Assembly (NCBI RefSeq): GCF_030684315.1
Contig: NC_081389.1
Span: 22,276,648-22,340,647 of the forward strand
Reading direction: 5' to 3'
Length of the DNA stretch: 64,000 nucleotides
Source: Stegostoma tigrinum
Lineage: Eukaryota
In this document: one piece after another, positions 63,996 through 64,000 of the stretch
Numbering within the stretch: position 1 is the first letter of the stretch
Layout of the letters: each line of letters opens with the position of its first letter
Notes under the pieces: generated by a model
What the model was told of the DNA's origin: nothing
Databases searched by the model: none
What the model saw: only the letters and a program-made list of their open reading frames with translations
Program-made: the position numbers and the translations under genes

Positions 63996-64000
63996 TGCAC

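Overview
Eukaryotic genomic DNA, almost certainly from a cartilaginous fish (shark-type tRNA/Deu SINEs, CR1 LINEs and Penelope-like elements). Four spliced genes lie head-to-tail on the minus strand: the 3' part of a TTLL13/TTLL6-type polyglutamylase (about 59.0 to 23-27 kb), complete NGRN (3 exons, 302 aa), complete HDDC3/MESH1 (4 exons, 180 aa) and coding exon 1 of VPS33B. About 94% of NGRN intron 1 is a 51-bp minisatellite of roughly 56 copies. The most notable hidden structures are (i) Penelope-derived short inserts and fold-backs carrying minimal hammerhead-ribozyme cores, including a 126-bp-arm hairpin with a core on each strand and a 14-bp target-site duplication (TSD), and (ii) decayed Gypsy-type zinc-knuckle plus aspartic-protease modules that are followed by long non-RT fossil coding tails (about 9-12.5 kb on +, 31-33.2 kb on -) and are missed by the ORF track. 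All identifications come from manual translation and recalled family motifs; no database search was run, and repeat boundaries are approximate.
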